Positions 26,706 to 36,523 of a stretch of DNA of 44,318 nucleotides are shown here, in pieces. This stretch comes from an uncultured Flavobacterium sp. Lineage in GTDB: Bacteria > Bacteroidota > Bacteroidia > Flavobacteriales > Flavobacteriaceae. The position numbers were made by a program, and so were the translations under genes. The notes below the pieces were generated by a model. The model had not been told where the DNA came from and did no database searches. It worked only from the letters and a program-made list of their open reading frames with translations. Each line of letters starts with the position of its first letter. Within the stretch, counting starts at the first letter, position 1. The stretch covers positions 1 to 44,318 of the forward strand of contig CAYWFQ010000002.1 in the NCBI GenBank assembly GCA_964457505.1, written 5' to 3'.

Positions 26706-27680
26706 TTATTCGTTAATAGGACTTTGTGTACAAGGACAATCGCTAATGCCTTGAAGGAAATCAAAACCCAAAGTTACCATGTGTGTCCCTGAATTGTAGG
26801 CGGCGATTTGATTCAACATCACTTGATAAGAATATCCAAAATAAAAATTAGCTTTTTTAAATCCCGCCATCGGGCCTACTGCCAACGGTTTGAAAATTTG
26901 GTCATTAATTACCCTATATGAAATTCCCGCCCAATAGTAATCATCATAGCTATTGTATCGGCGGTATTTTATATTAATATCAGTCGTTGATCGTTTGTCA
27001 CCGGCAAAAAACTGATAATAGACCGAAGGTTCAATTTCGACATTTCTATTGTAACTATTTTTAATTATATAGCCCGAATACAATTGGTAATTCAGAACCA
27101 AACTCGGTTCGATGCCCAAGTAATTGTCTTTGGTTTTGGGCAAAATATTAGACGCATTGAAACTCGCATAAAACCCTTTGTTACGGTACAAAAGTCCTAC
27201 GTCAAAATTGTTGTTAGCAATGGCTCTATCGTTTGTAATGCTGGGGTCTAAAATTGGTATTTCATGAGTCGTATTGAATTGACCGATGTCTATTTTAAAA
27301 CTATTAATGTTGAACGAAAGCCCAAATGACAGGTATTGCTTTGAATAATAATCCAAAATGATATGGTGGGCAAACGAAAACTTGGCACCCGTTTGGAATG
27401 TGTTTCCATTGCTGTCATTGTATACTGAAAGTCCAATCCCTGAGCGATTGGCTAGCCTAAAATCGGCATAAAGTGATTGGTTTTTAGGGGCATCTTTAAT
27501 ACCTACCCATTGGGTTAATCCGTTGGCGCGTATTCTCAAATTATCTCCAATTCCCGCAAAAGTAGGTGATAAAACGAAATTATTATCGGCTAAATATTGC
27601 GTAAAAACTGGCAGTTGTAATTCTTGGCTAGAGCCGAAAAAACAACACAATAACAGCATACAGGTGAGTATATTTTTCAT
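26706..27680 (-). CDS. sprF: T9SS PorP/SprF-family membrane protein
   Basis: FTQYLADN..SPTFAG, QWVGIKDAP, GYSY, SGTHMVTLG; immediately downstream of sprB. Confidence 0.88.
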   Translation of the reverse strand: MKNILTCMLLLCCFFGSSQELQLPVFTQYLADNNFVLSPTFAGIGDNLRIRANGLTQWVGIKDAPKNQSLYADFRLANRSGIGLSVYNDSNGNTFQTGAKFSFAHHIILDYYSKQYLSFGLSFNINSFKIDIGQFNTTHEIPILDPSITNDRAIANNNFDVGLLYRNKGFYASFNASNILPKTKDNYLGIEPSLVLNYQLYSGYIIKNSYNRNVEIEPSVYYQFFAGDKRSTTDINIKYRRYNSYDDYYWAGISYRVINDQIFKPLAVGPMAGFKKANFYFGYSYQVMLNQIAAYNSGTHMVTLGFDFLQGISDCPCTQSPINE

Positions 27681-27698
27681 TCCTTATTTCTAATTTAA

Positions 27699-30600
27699 TT
27701 ATCTGTAGAGTGTAAAATGACCCACAAATTCCCTATTGTCTTTTGAATTATTCAATTTTAAAACATACCAATAATCTCCCGAAGGCAATTCAACACCTTG
27801 GTATTTTCCGTCCCAAGATTCGCCCAAATGATAATTCCCTAATTCTCGCCCGTAGCGATCAAATACGGTAAAAGTTAAATTTGTATAATTGAGGGTACAG
27901 CCTGGTGCCCATGTATCGTTAAGTCCATCGCCATTAGGAGTGAAATAATTTGGCGTACAAATATCAATGTAATCGAAACCTTGAGTAATCGAGGCAGTAC
28001 ATCCATTTGCGTCTTGAACGGTTACTAAATAATCTTGGGTTTTGTAATAAATATAACTCGGGTTAGCATCTTTAAACTCTCCATTAAACGTGAAGGTGTA
28101 ATTGCCAAATCCACCACTAGGGAGAGCAATTATTTCATTTAATCCTCCTTGTTTTACAGTTATTGCCAAAGGGTCTACTCTTTTTATGTTGAAAACTGGA
28201 CTGTCTTTACTACAGCCGTTATTGTGCTTCACTCTTACAAAATGATCCCCTGGGGTTAGATTAGAAAACACATTGCTCGATTGGTATACTCCACCATCCA
28301 GAGCAAATTGTACTAGAGAAAAATCAGTATTACTGGTGTCCAAGTTTACTGTCGCTGAATTGTTTTGTGTGTTGTTCACACAATCGTAATTTAAAATGGT
28401 AGATGGATTCAATTTTACCGATTCGTTAAGCTGAACTACTATATCTGTAACACACATATTAGCATCTTGAACAAACACTTTGTGCGTTCCGCCTTTAAGA
28501 TTAGTAAAATCAAATTGGGTTTGAGTCGCAGACCCTGTTTCAAATGGACCAGCAGGATTATCTAAAGCAACACTATAAGGCATTGTCCCGCCTAAAACTG
28601 AAATACTAAACTGAGCGTTTTTATCATCCAAACAAAGTTCTTGAACAACCGATGAAGCAATTATTTTTGCTTCAAGTGAAGCAGGTTCATTTATAGTAAG
28701 GATTTTTTTGTCATAACAACCCAAAGCATCTTGAACGATAATTTCATAGTTTCCAATCGTTAAATTATCGAAAAGGCTTGTCTCTGTAAACTGACTCAAA
28801 TTAGGAGAAATCGCCTGCTTGATTGTGTTGGTGCCTCCTGAAATAGCTACTTTAATTTTACCTGTATTGGAACCCGTACACAATACATCTGTCACTGAAT
28901 ATTTAGCAACTAATCTTTCTAAAGGTTCAACAATTGTGATTATTGGAGATACAGCTGGAACACAACTCGTACTTTCTACCTTTACCTTATATTTTCCTGC
29001 AGGAAGATTAGCAAACACCCCTGTTAGTTGGGCAAGTCTAATTGGATTTTCGAATTCATCCAACAAAATGTAGTTGTAATCACCTGTCCCACCTTCTGCT
29101 TTTGCTGTTAAAATAGCTATAGCATCTCCTTTGCAATTAATTTTTGCAAGAGTTTCATCTATACTAACCTTTAATCCCTCTAAAGGAGCAATTGCAATAT
29201 CATTGGAGAGACTCGTACAGCCGTTCCTGTCTTTTACATAATAATGAAATGTCCCAGTGGCAACTTTCATTAGTTGTGCAGTACTGAATGTTGAACTCGA
29301 ATACACATTCCCGTCCTCACTTAGCGTATAAGGTGCTGTTCCTCCTGAAATTACTAATTCTAATTCCGGTTGTACACTACAACTTAATACTGTTTTTAGC
29401 ACTAAATTAGCCTCTAGCCTGTCTGGTTCAGCGATTGAAATACCAGTTACAGTGCTTGTACATCCCCAGGAGTCAGTTACTGTTACCGTGTAATTACCTG
29501 CTCCCAAACCTTCAAATTTAGTAGCGATTTGTGGGCCAATTACTATTGGATCGGTACCCGTTTTAGTCAAAGTATATTGGTAATCTGATCCTTGACCTCC
29601 TATTACATTTGTTACTGTAAGTGTAACATCTAAAGTATCCTTACACTGTGTTATATTTTTACTCAACTCGGGAGTGAAAGTTATAGGTAATGGGTCATTC
29701 AAAACAATTTGTATTGCTTTTTGACAATTTTTATAATCGCGAACACGTAGGGAATAATCTCCCTGCGTTAAATTCGAAAAATCAGCGATTTCACTCCACG
29801 GAAAAATAACTGTCCCATTTTTTTCTAATTGGTATTCGTAGGATAGCCAACCTCCTGAAGCAACTGCACTAATGCTACCATCATTATTTCCTGATTTACA
29901 AGAAATAGCAGCATGACTTTCATTTAAAATCAATTCAGAAGTAGGCTCGCTAATGGTAAAGTTTTTAGTAGCACTACAATACGGATTATTAATTAAGGTT
30001 CCCTTGATAGTATACATTCCTGCGGATAATCCCTGTATCAAAACAGGTCCAGCATCATTGCTTGTTGCAACAGCGCCGACAATAGTACCAGCACTGTTTT
30101 TAATTTCGTAACTAAAAGAACCGGCTCTACTTGGGCTGTTTTTGTCAATAAAAGTAATCATTGCAGCCCCATCATTTCCTTTAAAACAACTCACATCTTC
30201 AACAACATCAATTTTGAGATCAAAAGTATTTGGGTCATTTACATAATAAATATCTTGAAGGCTACAACCTGTTTTGGTATTTTCGACCGTAATAATGTAA
30301 TCGCCTGCCGAAAGTCCCTTAAAAATTCCTGTGCCATTTGATTGCAAAGAATATACGCCTCCTGCTATACCCGTTTCGGGATTAGTATCTGTTAAAGTAT
30401 ACCGTAAATCAGTGAGCGTTCCTCCTGAGGTTACTACTGTAATTTGAATATCCTCAGCAGATGTACAACTAATTTTAGCAGTAGGAATAACACTAATTTT
30501 TTCCATTGTAAAAAATGGTTTAATAGAGGCTACAGTACTACCCATACAGCCTTTATCGTCATAAACATGTATTGCATAGTCTCCTCCCAACAATTCCGTT

Positions 30601-33600
30601 TCGATGTACTTTGGGCTAGGCCCTGATTGAATACGATTGCCGTTTTTGATAAATTCATAAACCACGTATTTACCCGAACCACCAACTACCGTTGGAATTT
30701 CAATGGTAGCATACTGCAAATCATTGGTGGTAGTACAACCAAATTCTTGGACAATTGGTTTTGAAACCTCAATTACTGAAGGTCCTGTAATTTCGATTGA
30801 AGATCGATCTGTACATCCCTTATTTGAAATAACTTCAACCGAATAGGTTCCTGCTTTAAGACCTGAAAAAATAGTGGCTACTTGAGGAGTTCCGCCATTC
30901 AAACTATATTTGTATTTAGGGTTGTCATTTACTCCTGTGGCTGGGGTAGCTATGCTCGCTTTAATCGTTCCATCCGAGCCATCATTACAACTTACATTGG
31001 TGCTCTCCAATTTAAAACCCGTAATAGGTGTTGTTGCGTCAAAATTAACTGAAATCTCTTTTTTACAAGAAGTTGTAGTATCAATGATCGCTAATTGATG
31101 AGTCCCTGGAGCTATTCCTGAAAAAATTGAATTAGTACTACTTACACCATCTAGTTCGTACTCAAAATTTCCTGAGCCACCAATACTTACCAATTCAATA
31201 CTTCCTGAATTATTACTACAACTCGGTTGCATAACTCCTTTTTTTGTCAGTCCGAGAGGAGCATAAATAGTAGTTTCTATTCTATCAACACAACCATTCA
31301 CATCTTGAACGGCAATCGTAAATTTTCCTGAATTTTGATTGGTTAAAACAATAGGAAATCCAACAATTCGTTCAAAAACACTTCCGTTTATACTGCTGTA
31401 ATGAGGCGAAATTCCGTTAGTGGTTGCGTCTATTTTGATTTCGAAAAGACCTTCATTCACACAAACATCTGAGACATCCAAACTAATTTTTGGAGCTGAA
31501 TCTTCTATTACGGTTTTTGTTTCATTTTTTTGACAACCGTACTTGTCTTTGACATAAACAGTATATTCGCCAGCATCTACTTGGAACGTATTGGTTGTAA
31601 CCCAATTATTTGGCACAATTGGAGGAGGAGGAGGTATTCCTACTGATGAGCCCGAGCTACCAGTTGAAGGATTGTTTAATACAACCTGATACAAATAAGG
31701 GGCGGCACCATCTTTGGCCTGAACCGAAATAATTCCTTTTTCTTTGCAATTTGCCGATTTTACAACTGTAGCATCTATTGTTAATTCTTTGGCTGCCTCT
31801 GTAATCGTAAATGAAGTTGATGCAATACTACAACTCTTATTTGGCGCGCCTGATTCTTCTGTAACCAACACAAAATAATTTCCAAAAGGCAATGCGCCAA
31901 AATCAATAACACTATCTGTACTATTTGCGGGAATTGTTGTAGCCCCTGAATCATTGGCCACAGGAACTAGTGATAACGAATTATATATTTGGTAAGAAAC
32001 CGGAGTTGGAGTACTATATTTACTCGAAATTTCAAAAGAAACCTTTCCGTTTACTTCGCCAGTGCAAATGATGTTTTGAGAAACTAAATTACCTATTGTT
32101 AAAGTAGAATTAGTAGGTATAGTAGTATCTGCAATTTCATAATAAAAACAACCTGTACTTGAATCATACACTACAAAGGTGTATTTAACTCCTGGAAGTA
32201 AATGGTCTATAGTTGCTTTTTTGGAACCCACTGCATCTTCTGGTATCCAATCGCCCGAAGGATACGAAGGAACCATTCCTTTATAAGTTGAAAAATAAAA
32301 GGGACCGGCAGTAATAATCTTACTATTGGGACCAATAGAGACTATCGCTTGTCCTCCCATAGTACAATCAGCTGTAGGGAGAGATACAGAAATGTCTAAA
32401 TCATCAGGAGGAGAAGCTACCAAAACATCCGGAATGAGGAAAGAACAGCCATTAGCATCTACAACATTAACTTCGTATAAACCAAAATCAATTACATCAA
32501 ATTTGATAGATTTAGACCCATCTTGATTGTCTTCTTTCTCTTCAAAACCATTTACTCCTTTTACTAAATAATTAAATGGCGCCTTTCCTCCTGTAACTTT
32601 ATCTATAATTATAGAGCCTTTGGATACTCCAAATTCATTACATGTTATGGGTACCGTATGATAATCTACTTTTATTTTAGTGGGTTCGCTTATCGTAATT
32701 GATTTGCTTACTGAACAATCCCTGCTATCAATAACGGTAACGGTATATTCTCCTGCAGACAAACCAGAAAATTGATTGCCATAACTAACCGCTGTTGAGT
32801 TGTTTTTGACCTCATAGGTAAAAGGCGCAATTCCTTTGGAAGTATCTATTATGAGTTCGAGAGCAGCAGTTGTATCTCCTTGACATAAAATGGATTGAAT
32901 CTCATTAAGTTGTAAAATGTTCGGAGAAGTTTTAGGTTTAATTTCGATGGTATTAGTCGTTTTGAAGCAACCATTTGCATCGGTAATTATAAAGCTATAG
33001 GTACCTGAATCTGTAGCTGGAACAGTATAATTAAACGAAGAATCTGTAGCTGGAATATTGGTTTCGGCGGAAGAAAAAACACTTCCGTCTTTGATTACTT
33101 TATATCGCAACGGAAGAATTCCTCCCTCTAAGCTAACTTTGATACTTGCATCTGGATGAGTAGAACAATCCTGTGCTTTGATTAAAGTTGCCGCAACTTT
33201 AAAGGAATTTCCTATTTGTACACGTTGGGATTTTACTGTACAATTATTGCTGTCAGTAATCGTTATTTCATAATCGCCAGGGCCTACATTGGTGAAAATT
33301 GGGCTTTTTTGAGCATCTTCGTCATTTAGGCTAAAGGTAAATGGAGCCGTTCCTGAGCTCACCTCAACCACTAAAGAGGCTTGATTAATTGCATCATAAC
33401 ACAAATTAGATTTTGATAGTACAACATCTGCTTTTAATTCCAATGGTGCGAGAATATGTATTGCTGCCGAATTACCATTCACACAACCATTAGCGTCTTT
33501 TACGAGAACGGTGTATTCTCCTGGGGGGATGTTGTCAAATCTTCCTGAATTTTGGCTTGACTTAAATGGACTAACGGTATTGTTTTTCTCCCATAATTCA

Positions 33601-36440
33601 TATCCGTAAAATAGAGTTCCTCCGATTGATTGAGCCTCTAACGTAGCGCCTTGTCCACACCTTGCTGGTGTTAAAATACTAGTTGAAGTTTGTAATGCAG
33701 TAGGTTCGTTTATCTCAAATGAACCGAGTGATTTTATACAAGATCCTAAATTATCGTAGCGAACTTTTAATGCATAGGTGCCTTTTTTTAAACCTGAAAT
33801 AATTAATGGAGAAGTCTTACTTGAAAGCCAACTTTCACCATTGTCTACAGAATATTCATAGCCGTTTATAGGGTCATAATTTTGTACACCTATAGTTATA
33901 GTCCCGTCTGTCTGACCAAAACAACTGATGTTTTTTGTGGCAGTTACAGCCGCCGAAAATGCTTTTCCGGTTGGAACAGTAAACGTTATGGATTTAGAAG
34001 TTGTACAAAGTTTTGGAATTTGATAGGCTGAAATATCGTCTATGGCTAAGTCATTACCTCCTGTGTTAATCTCAATTGAGCGGATTATAAATCTTAAACT
34101 TGTGTTGTTTTTTGGGTCAAGGGTCGTATAAAATGGTTCCCATTTTTCTGTTTGACGTATCGTTCCTGTCTCAAAAAAAGAAATTACATTATTATTTTCA
34201 TCTACCAATGAAGCATGTAAATTAGGCCCTGCCCCTCCGGTAAAGGTTTTCTTTAATAGATTGGTTGCATAAAACTCTACTGTTATTGGTTGATTAGGAA
34301 TAATATCGTTTATTTTTTTTTCGTACAATATTGGCCTGCTATTATTTCCCAAAACATTAACCGCAAGAAACCTTCCTTTAGGTGGAGGTGGGGTTGCTAA
34401 ACCAACGGTATGATCCTTTACATTATACCAAGCGCTAGGTGCGCCAAAAAATTGCAATTGAGAGGTTACCGCATATTCTCCATCGTTGATATACGAGTTT
34501 GGTCCACAGGTTCTGGGAATCTGCTTTTCAAAGCAATATGATGAATTCATTCCTGGAGAAGTCGTATCTAGTCCATATCCAAAATCTTCTTTTAATAAAT
34601 TACTATAATCCGGTAAAATCAAAGGTGTATACTCTACTTTTAGAACATGATCACCAGAGCCAACATTAGATATAGTGGCAGTTGTTTGGGCCACCCCATC
34701 AAGGAAATACTTATAGCTAAATTGTGTAGAAGTGCTGGTAGCTATTTCAACGGTACTGTTGGTTGAGCCGTCACAATTGAACCCGTTGTTTTTAATTGAT
34801 ACTTGAGGTACACCTATATCATCAACAATTAAGTTGGGTAAGGCTGAGATACAACCATTAACATCCTTAATATAAAAAATATAGTTGCCAGGAGTTTTAA
34901 ATGCAAAATTTTGATCCACCCAATTCAATTTATTGTCAAAACTGTATTGGTAAGGAGCTGTCCCTCCCTGTGGATTGGTAATACGCACTCTTGCTTTGTC
35001 TTCGTTAGGAGAAGGAAGACATCCAATTAATTCAGATATTCCAGCCACAGCTGACAAGCCAAATTGAGGCTGAACAATCGTAACATCTTCTTTTTGGGTA
35101 CATTTTACTGTTCCAAAAGAATATTCTACCGCTGTTTTATAAACTCCTGCTGATAAATTTTGAAAAAGCGGATTATTAGTAAATGTTTTCCCGTTATCAA
35201 TACTATATTTCAATCCATAGCCGTTAGTATTCGCAACATTAAATTGAATTTGCCAAGAATTGGGATAGTAACAATTTTCGTTTACTTTTTCAATGGTATA
35301 TACTGGCGCTGGTTGGCTGGGCACAGCAACAGATATCGTTTCGGATTGATTATTACTATCAACCACCTTAATCGAGTAAGTTCCGGCAACAGGCACAGTA
35401 ATCTTATTAGATGATTCAGCGGTGGCATTTCCGTTAAAATAATATTTGTATGGTGCCGTTCCGCCCGAAACAAAAACGGTAACACTTCCTGGAACACAAC
35501 TAACAGGTTGGATATTTTTGGTGATTTGAAACGGAGCAATCGAGTTGATTGTAACTTCCCCCGATTTCCAATCACAATCGTCTGTTTTAACTGACCAAGT
35601 ATAGGTTCCTGCATTCAAATTAGGAAATGAATAATCACTTTCCGTAACTGGTCCAACTTGATGTATAAGTGTAGCACCTTGAGTTATTTTATAAAAATAT
35701 TGTTCTCTAGCATTCGCAGCTGTGAGATTAATTGTGCCTTTTTCACCAGAAACTATGGGTTGAGTAACCGTTGGGGTAACTGCTAATTCATTCTTTGTAA
35801 TTGTTACAGGAATTTCAAAGACACAATCTGTGGTGCTTGCCTCCACTCTTCGTACTCGTACTTTATAGTTGCCAGCAGCAGTTACTGTAAATACATTGGA
35901 TGATTGATATGCAACTCCATCCAAACTATATTCATAACCCGTTAATTGTGCAATCGTAATTTCGCCCGCTTTTCCGCAATAGATATCTGTTTTAGTTGTG
36001 GGAATCACAAGAAGATTAGTGTACACATTAAAATAGAAAATAGTAGGTACCCCTTGTGAATTTGTAATTGTAACACGGTATTCACCCTCCTTCGAAACTG
36101 TAAAACTATTCCCAATCCCCTTTTGTGTCCAAGAACAAGTTGTAGCTGTGTTAGGGCAATCACTACTAGTCACGGCCGAACATGAAGTTGAATTCAATTG
36201 CTCCCATTTATAAATAGCTCCACTTATAGTTAAAGTTATCGTTCTTGAAGCAGTGCTTCCACATAAAAATATTTTAGGTAGAAGTGCCCCAGTATCAGGA
36301 CACTCAGAAACTAAGTCGGCTAAGGGATTTACAGGATTATTTATTTGCGAAATACTCTTGTTTGCCATTAAAAACAAACTTAATAAAAGTACAAATCGCA
36401 TACTTACTCCTGCTTTTCTATAAGGTAAAATCCAATTCAT
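27699..36440 (-). CDS. sprB: Gliding-motility adhesin SprB homolog (~2900 aa; SprB repeats, lectin-like insert, T9SS type-B CTD)
   Basis: Many GG..PY.Y / L.AG.Y.V.V.D..GC repeats; CTD PNYFTPNGDGLNDTW...IFDRYG-like...WDG...LPSGDYWY...GHFTLYR; lies between sprD and sprF. Start uncertain (36476 TTG, 36440 or 36401). Confidence 0.88.
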   Translation of the reverse strand: MNWILPYRKAGVSMRFVLLLSLFLMANKSISQINNPVNPLADLVSECPDTGALLPKIFLCGSTASRTITLTISGAIYKWEQLNSTSCSAVTSSDCPNTATTCSWTQKGIGNSFTVSKEGEYRVTITNSQGVPTIFYFNVYTNLLVIPTTKTDIYCGKAGEITIAQLTGYEYSLDGVAYQSSNVFTVTAAGNYKVRVRRVEASTTDCVFEIPVTITKNELAVTPTVTQPIVSGEKGTINLTAANAREQYFYKITQGATLIHQVGPVTESDYSFPNLNAGTYTWSVKTDDCDWKSGEVTINSIAPFQITKNIQPVSCVPGSVTVFVSGGTAPYKYYFNGNATAESSNKITVPVAGTYSIKVVDSNNQSETISVAVPSQPAPVYTIEKVNENCYYPNSWQIQFNVANTNGYGLKYSIDNGKTFTNNPLFQNLSAGVYKTAVEYSFGTVKCTQKEDVTIVQPQFGLSAVAGISELIGCLPSPNEDKARVRITNPQGGTAPYQYSFDNKLNWVDQNFAFKTPGNYIFYIKDVNGCISALPNLIVDDIGVPQVSIKNNGFNCDGSTNSTVEIATSTSTQFSYKYFLDGVAQTTATISNVGSGDHVLKVEYTPLILPDYSNLLKEDFGYGLDTTSPGMNSSYCFEKQIPRTCGPNSYINDGEYAVTSQLQFFGAPSAWYNVKDHTVGLATPPPPKGRFLAVNVLGNNSRPILYEKKINDIIPNQPITVEFYATNLLKKTFTGGAGPNLHASLVDENNNVISFFETGTIRQTEKWEPFYTTLDPKNNTSLRFIIRSIEINTGGNDLAIDDISAYQIPKLCTTSKSITFTVPTGKAFSAAVTATKNISCFGQTDGTITIGVQNYDPINGYEYSVDNGESWLSSKTSPLIISGLKKGTYALKVRYDNLGSCIKSLGSFEINEPTALQTSTSILTPARCGQGATLEAQSIGGTLFYGYELWEKNNTVSPFKSSQNSGRFDNIPPGEYTVLVKDANGCVNGNSAAIHILAPLELKADVVLSKSNLCYDAINQASLVVEVSSGTAPFTFSLNDEDAQKSPIFTNVGPGDYEITITDSNNCTVKSQRVQIGNSFKVAATLIKAQDCSTHPDASIKVSLEGGILPLRYKVIKDGSVFSSAETNIPATDSSFNYTVPATDSGTYSFIITDANGCFKTTNTIEIKPKTSPNILQLNEIQSILCQGDTTAALELIIDTSKGIAPFTYEVKNNSTAVSYGNQFSGLSAGEYTVTVIDSRDCSVSKSITISEPTKIKVDYHTVPITCNEFGVSKGSIIIDKVTGGKAPFNYLVKGVNGFEEKEDNQDGSKSIKFDVIDFGLYEVNVVDANGCSFLIPDVLVASPPDDLDISVSLPTADCTMGGQAIVSIGPNSKIITAGPFYFSTYKGMVPSYPSGDWIPEDAVGSKKATIDHLLPGVKYTFVVYDSSTGCFYYEIADTTIPTNSTLTIGNLVSQNIICTGEVNGKVSFEISSKYSTPTPVSYQIYNSLSLVPVANDSGATTIPANSTDSVIDFGALPFGNYFVLVTEESGAPNKSCSIASTSFTITEAAKELTIDATVVKSANCKEKGIISVQAKDGAAPYLYQVVLNNPSTGSSGSSVGIPPPPPIVPNNWVTTNTFQVDAGEYTVYVKDKYGCQKNETKTVIEDSAPKISLDVSDVCVNEGLFEIKIDATTNGISPHYSSINGSVFERIVGFPIVLTNQNSGKFTIAVQDVNGCVDRIETTIYAPLGLTKKGVMQPSCSNNSGSIELVSIGGSGNFEYELDGVSSTNSIFSGIAPGTHQLAIIDTTTSCKKEISVNFDATTPITGFKLESTNVSCNDGSDGTIKASIATPATGVNDNPKYKYSLNGGTPQVATIFSGLKAGTYSVEVISNKGCTDRSSIEITGPSVIEVSKPIVQEFGCTTTNDLQYATIEIPTVVGGSGKYVVYEFIKNGNRIQSGPSPKYIETELLGGDYAIHVYDDKGCMGSTVASIKPFFTMEKISVIPTAKISCTSAEDIQITVVTSGGTLTDLRYTLTDTNPETGIAGGVYSLQSNGTGIFKGLSAGDYIITVENTKTGCSLQDIYYVNDPNTFDLKIDVVEDVSCFKGNDGAAMITFIDKNSPSRAGSFSYEIKNSAGTIVGAVATSNDAGPVLIQGLSAGMYTIKGTLINNPYCSATKNFTISEPTSELILNESHAAISCKSGNNDGSISAVASGGWLSYEYQLEKNGTVIFPWSEIADFSNLTQGDYSLRVRDYKNCQKAIQIVLNDPLPITFTPELSKNITQCKDTLDVTLTVTNVIGGQGSDYQYTLTKTGTDPIVIGPQIATKFEGLGAGNYTVTVTDSWGCTSTVTGISIAEPDRLEANLVLKTVLSCSVQPELELVISGGTAPYTLSEDGNVYSSSTFSTAQLMKVATGTFHYYVKDRNGCTSLSNDIAIAPLEGLKVSIDETLAKINCKGDAIAILTAKAEGGTGDYNYILLDEFENPIRLAQLTGVFANLPAGKYKVKVESTSCVPAVSPIITIVEPLERLVAKYSVTDVLCTGSNTGKIKVAISGGTNTIKQAISPNLSQFTETSLFDNLTIGNYEIIVQDALGCYDKKILTINEPASLEAKIIASSVVQELCLDDKNAQFSISVLGGTMPYSVALDNPAGPFETGSATQTQFDFTNLKGGTHKVFVQDANMCVTDIVVQLNESVKLNPSTILNYDCVNNTQNNSATVNLDTSNTDFSLVQFALDGGVYQSSNVFSNLTPGDHFVRVKHNNGCSKDSPVFNIKRVDPLAITVKQGGLNEIIALPSGGFGNYTFTFNGEFKDANPSYIYYKTQDYLVTVQDANGCTASITQGFDYIDICTPNYFTPNGDGLNDTWAPGCTLNYTNLTFTVFDRYGRELGNYHLGESWDGKYQGVELPSGDYWYVLKLNNSKDNREFVGHFTLYR

Positions 36441-36523
36441 TTTGGGATCGTATTTTGTTTTTTTGTTACTTTTCAATTTTCCTGCAGGGTTGGAAAAACA
36501 GTAGTTACTATTACCTCTTAGAT

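Noticed and set aside
27699-36440. Giant gene as a toxin/RHS or a novel secretion system
   Set aside because: No YD/RHS or RTX motifs; the type-B CTD and sprC-D-B-F order identify the known gliding adhesin locus.
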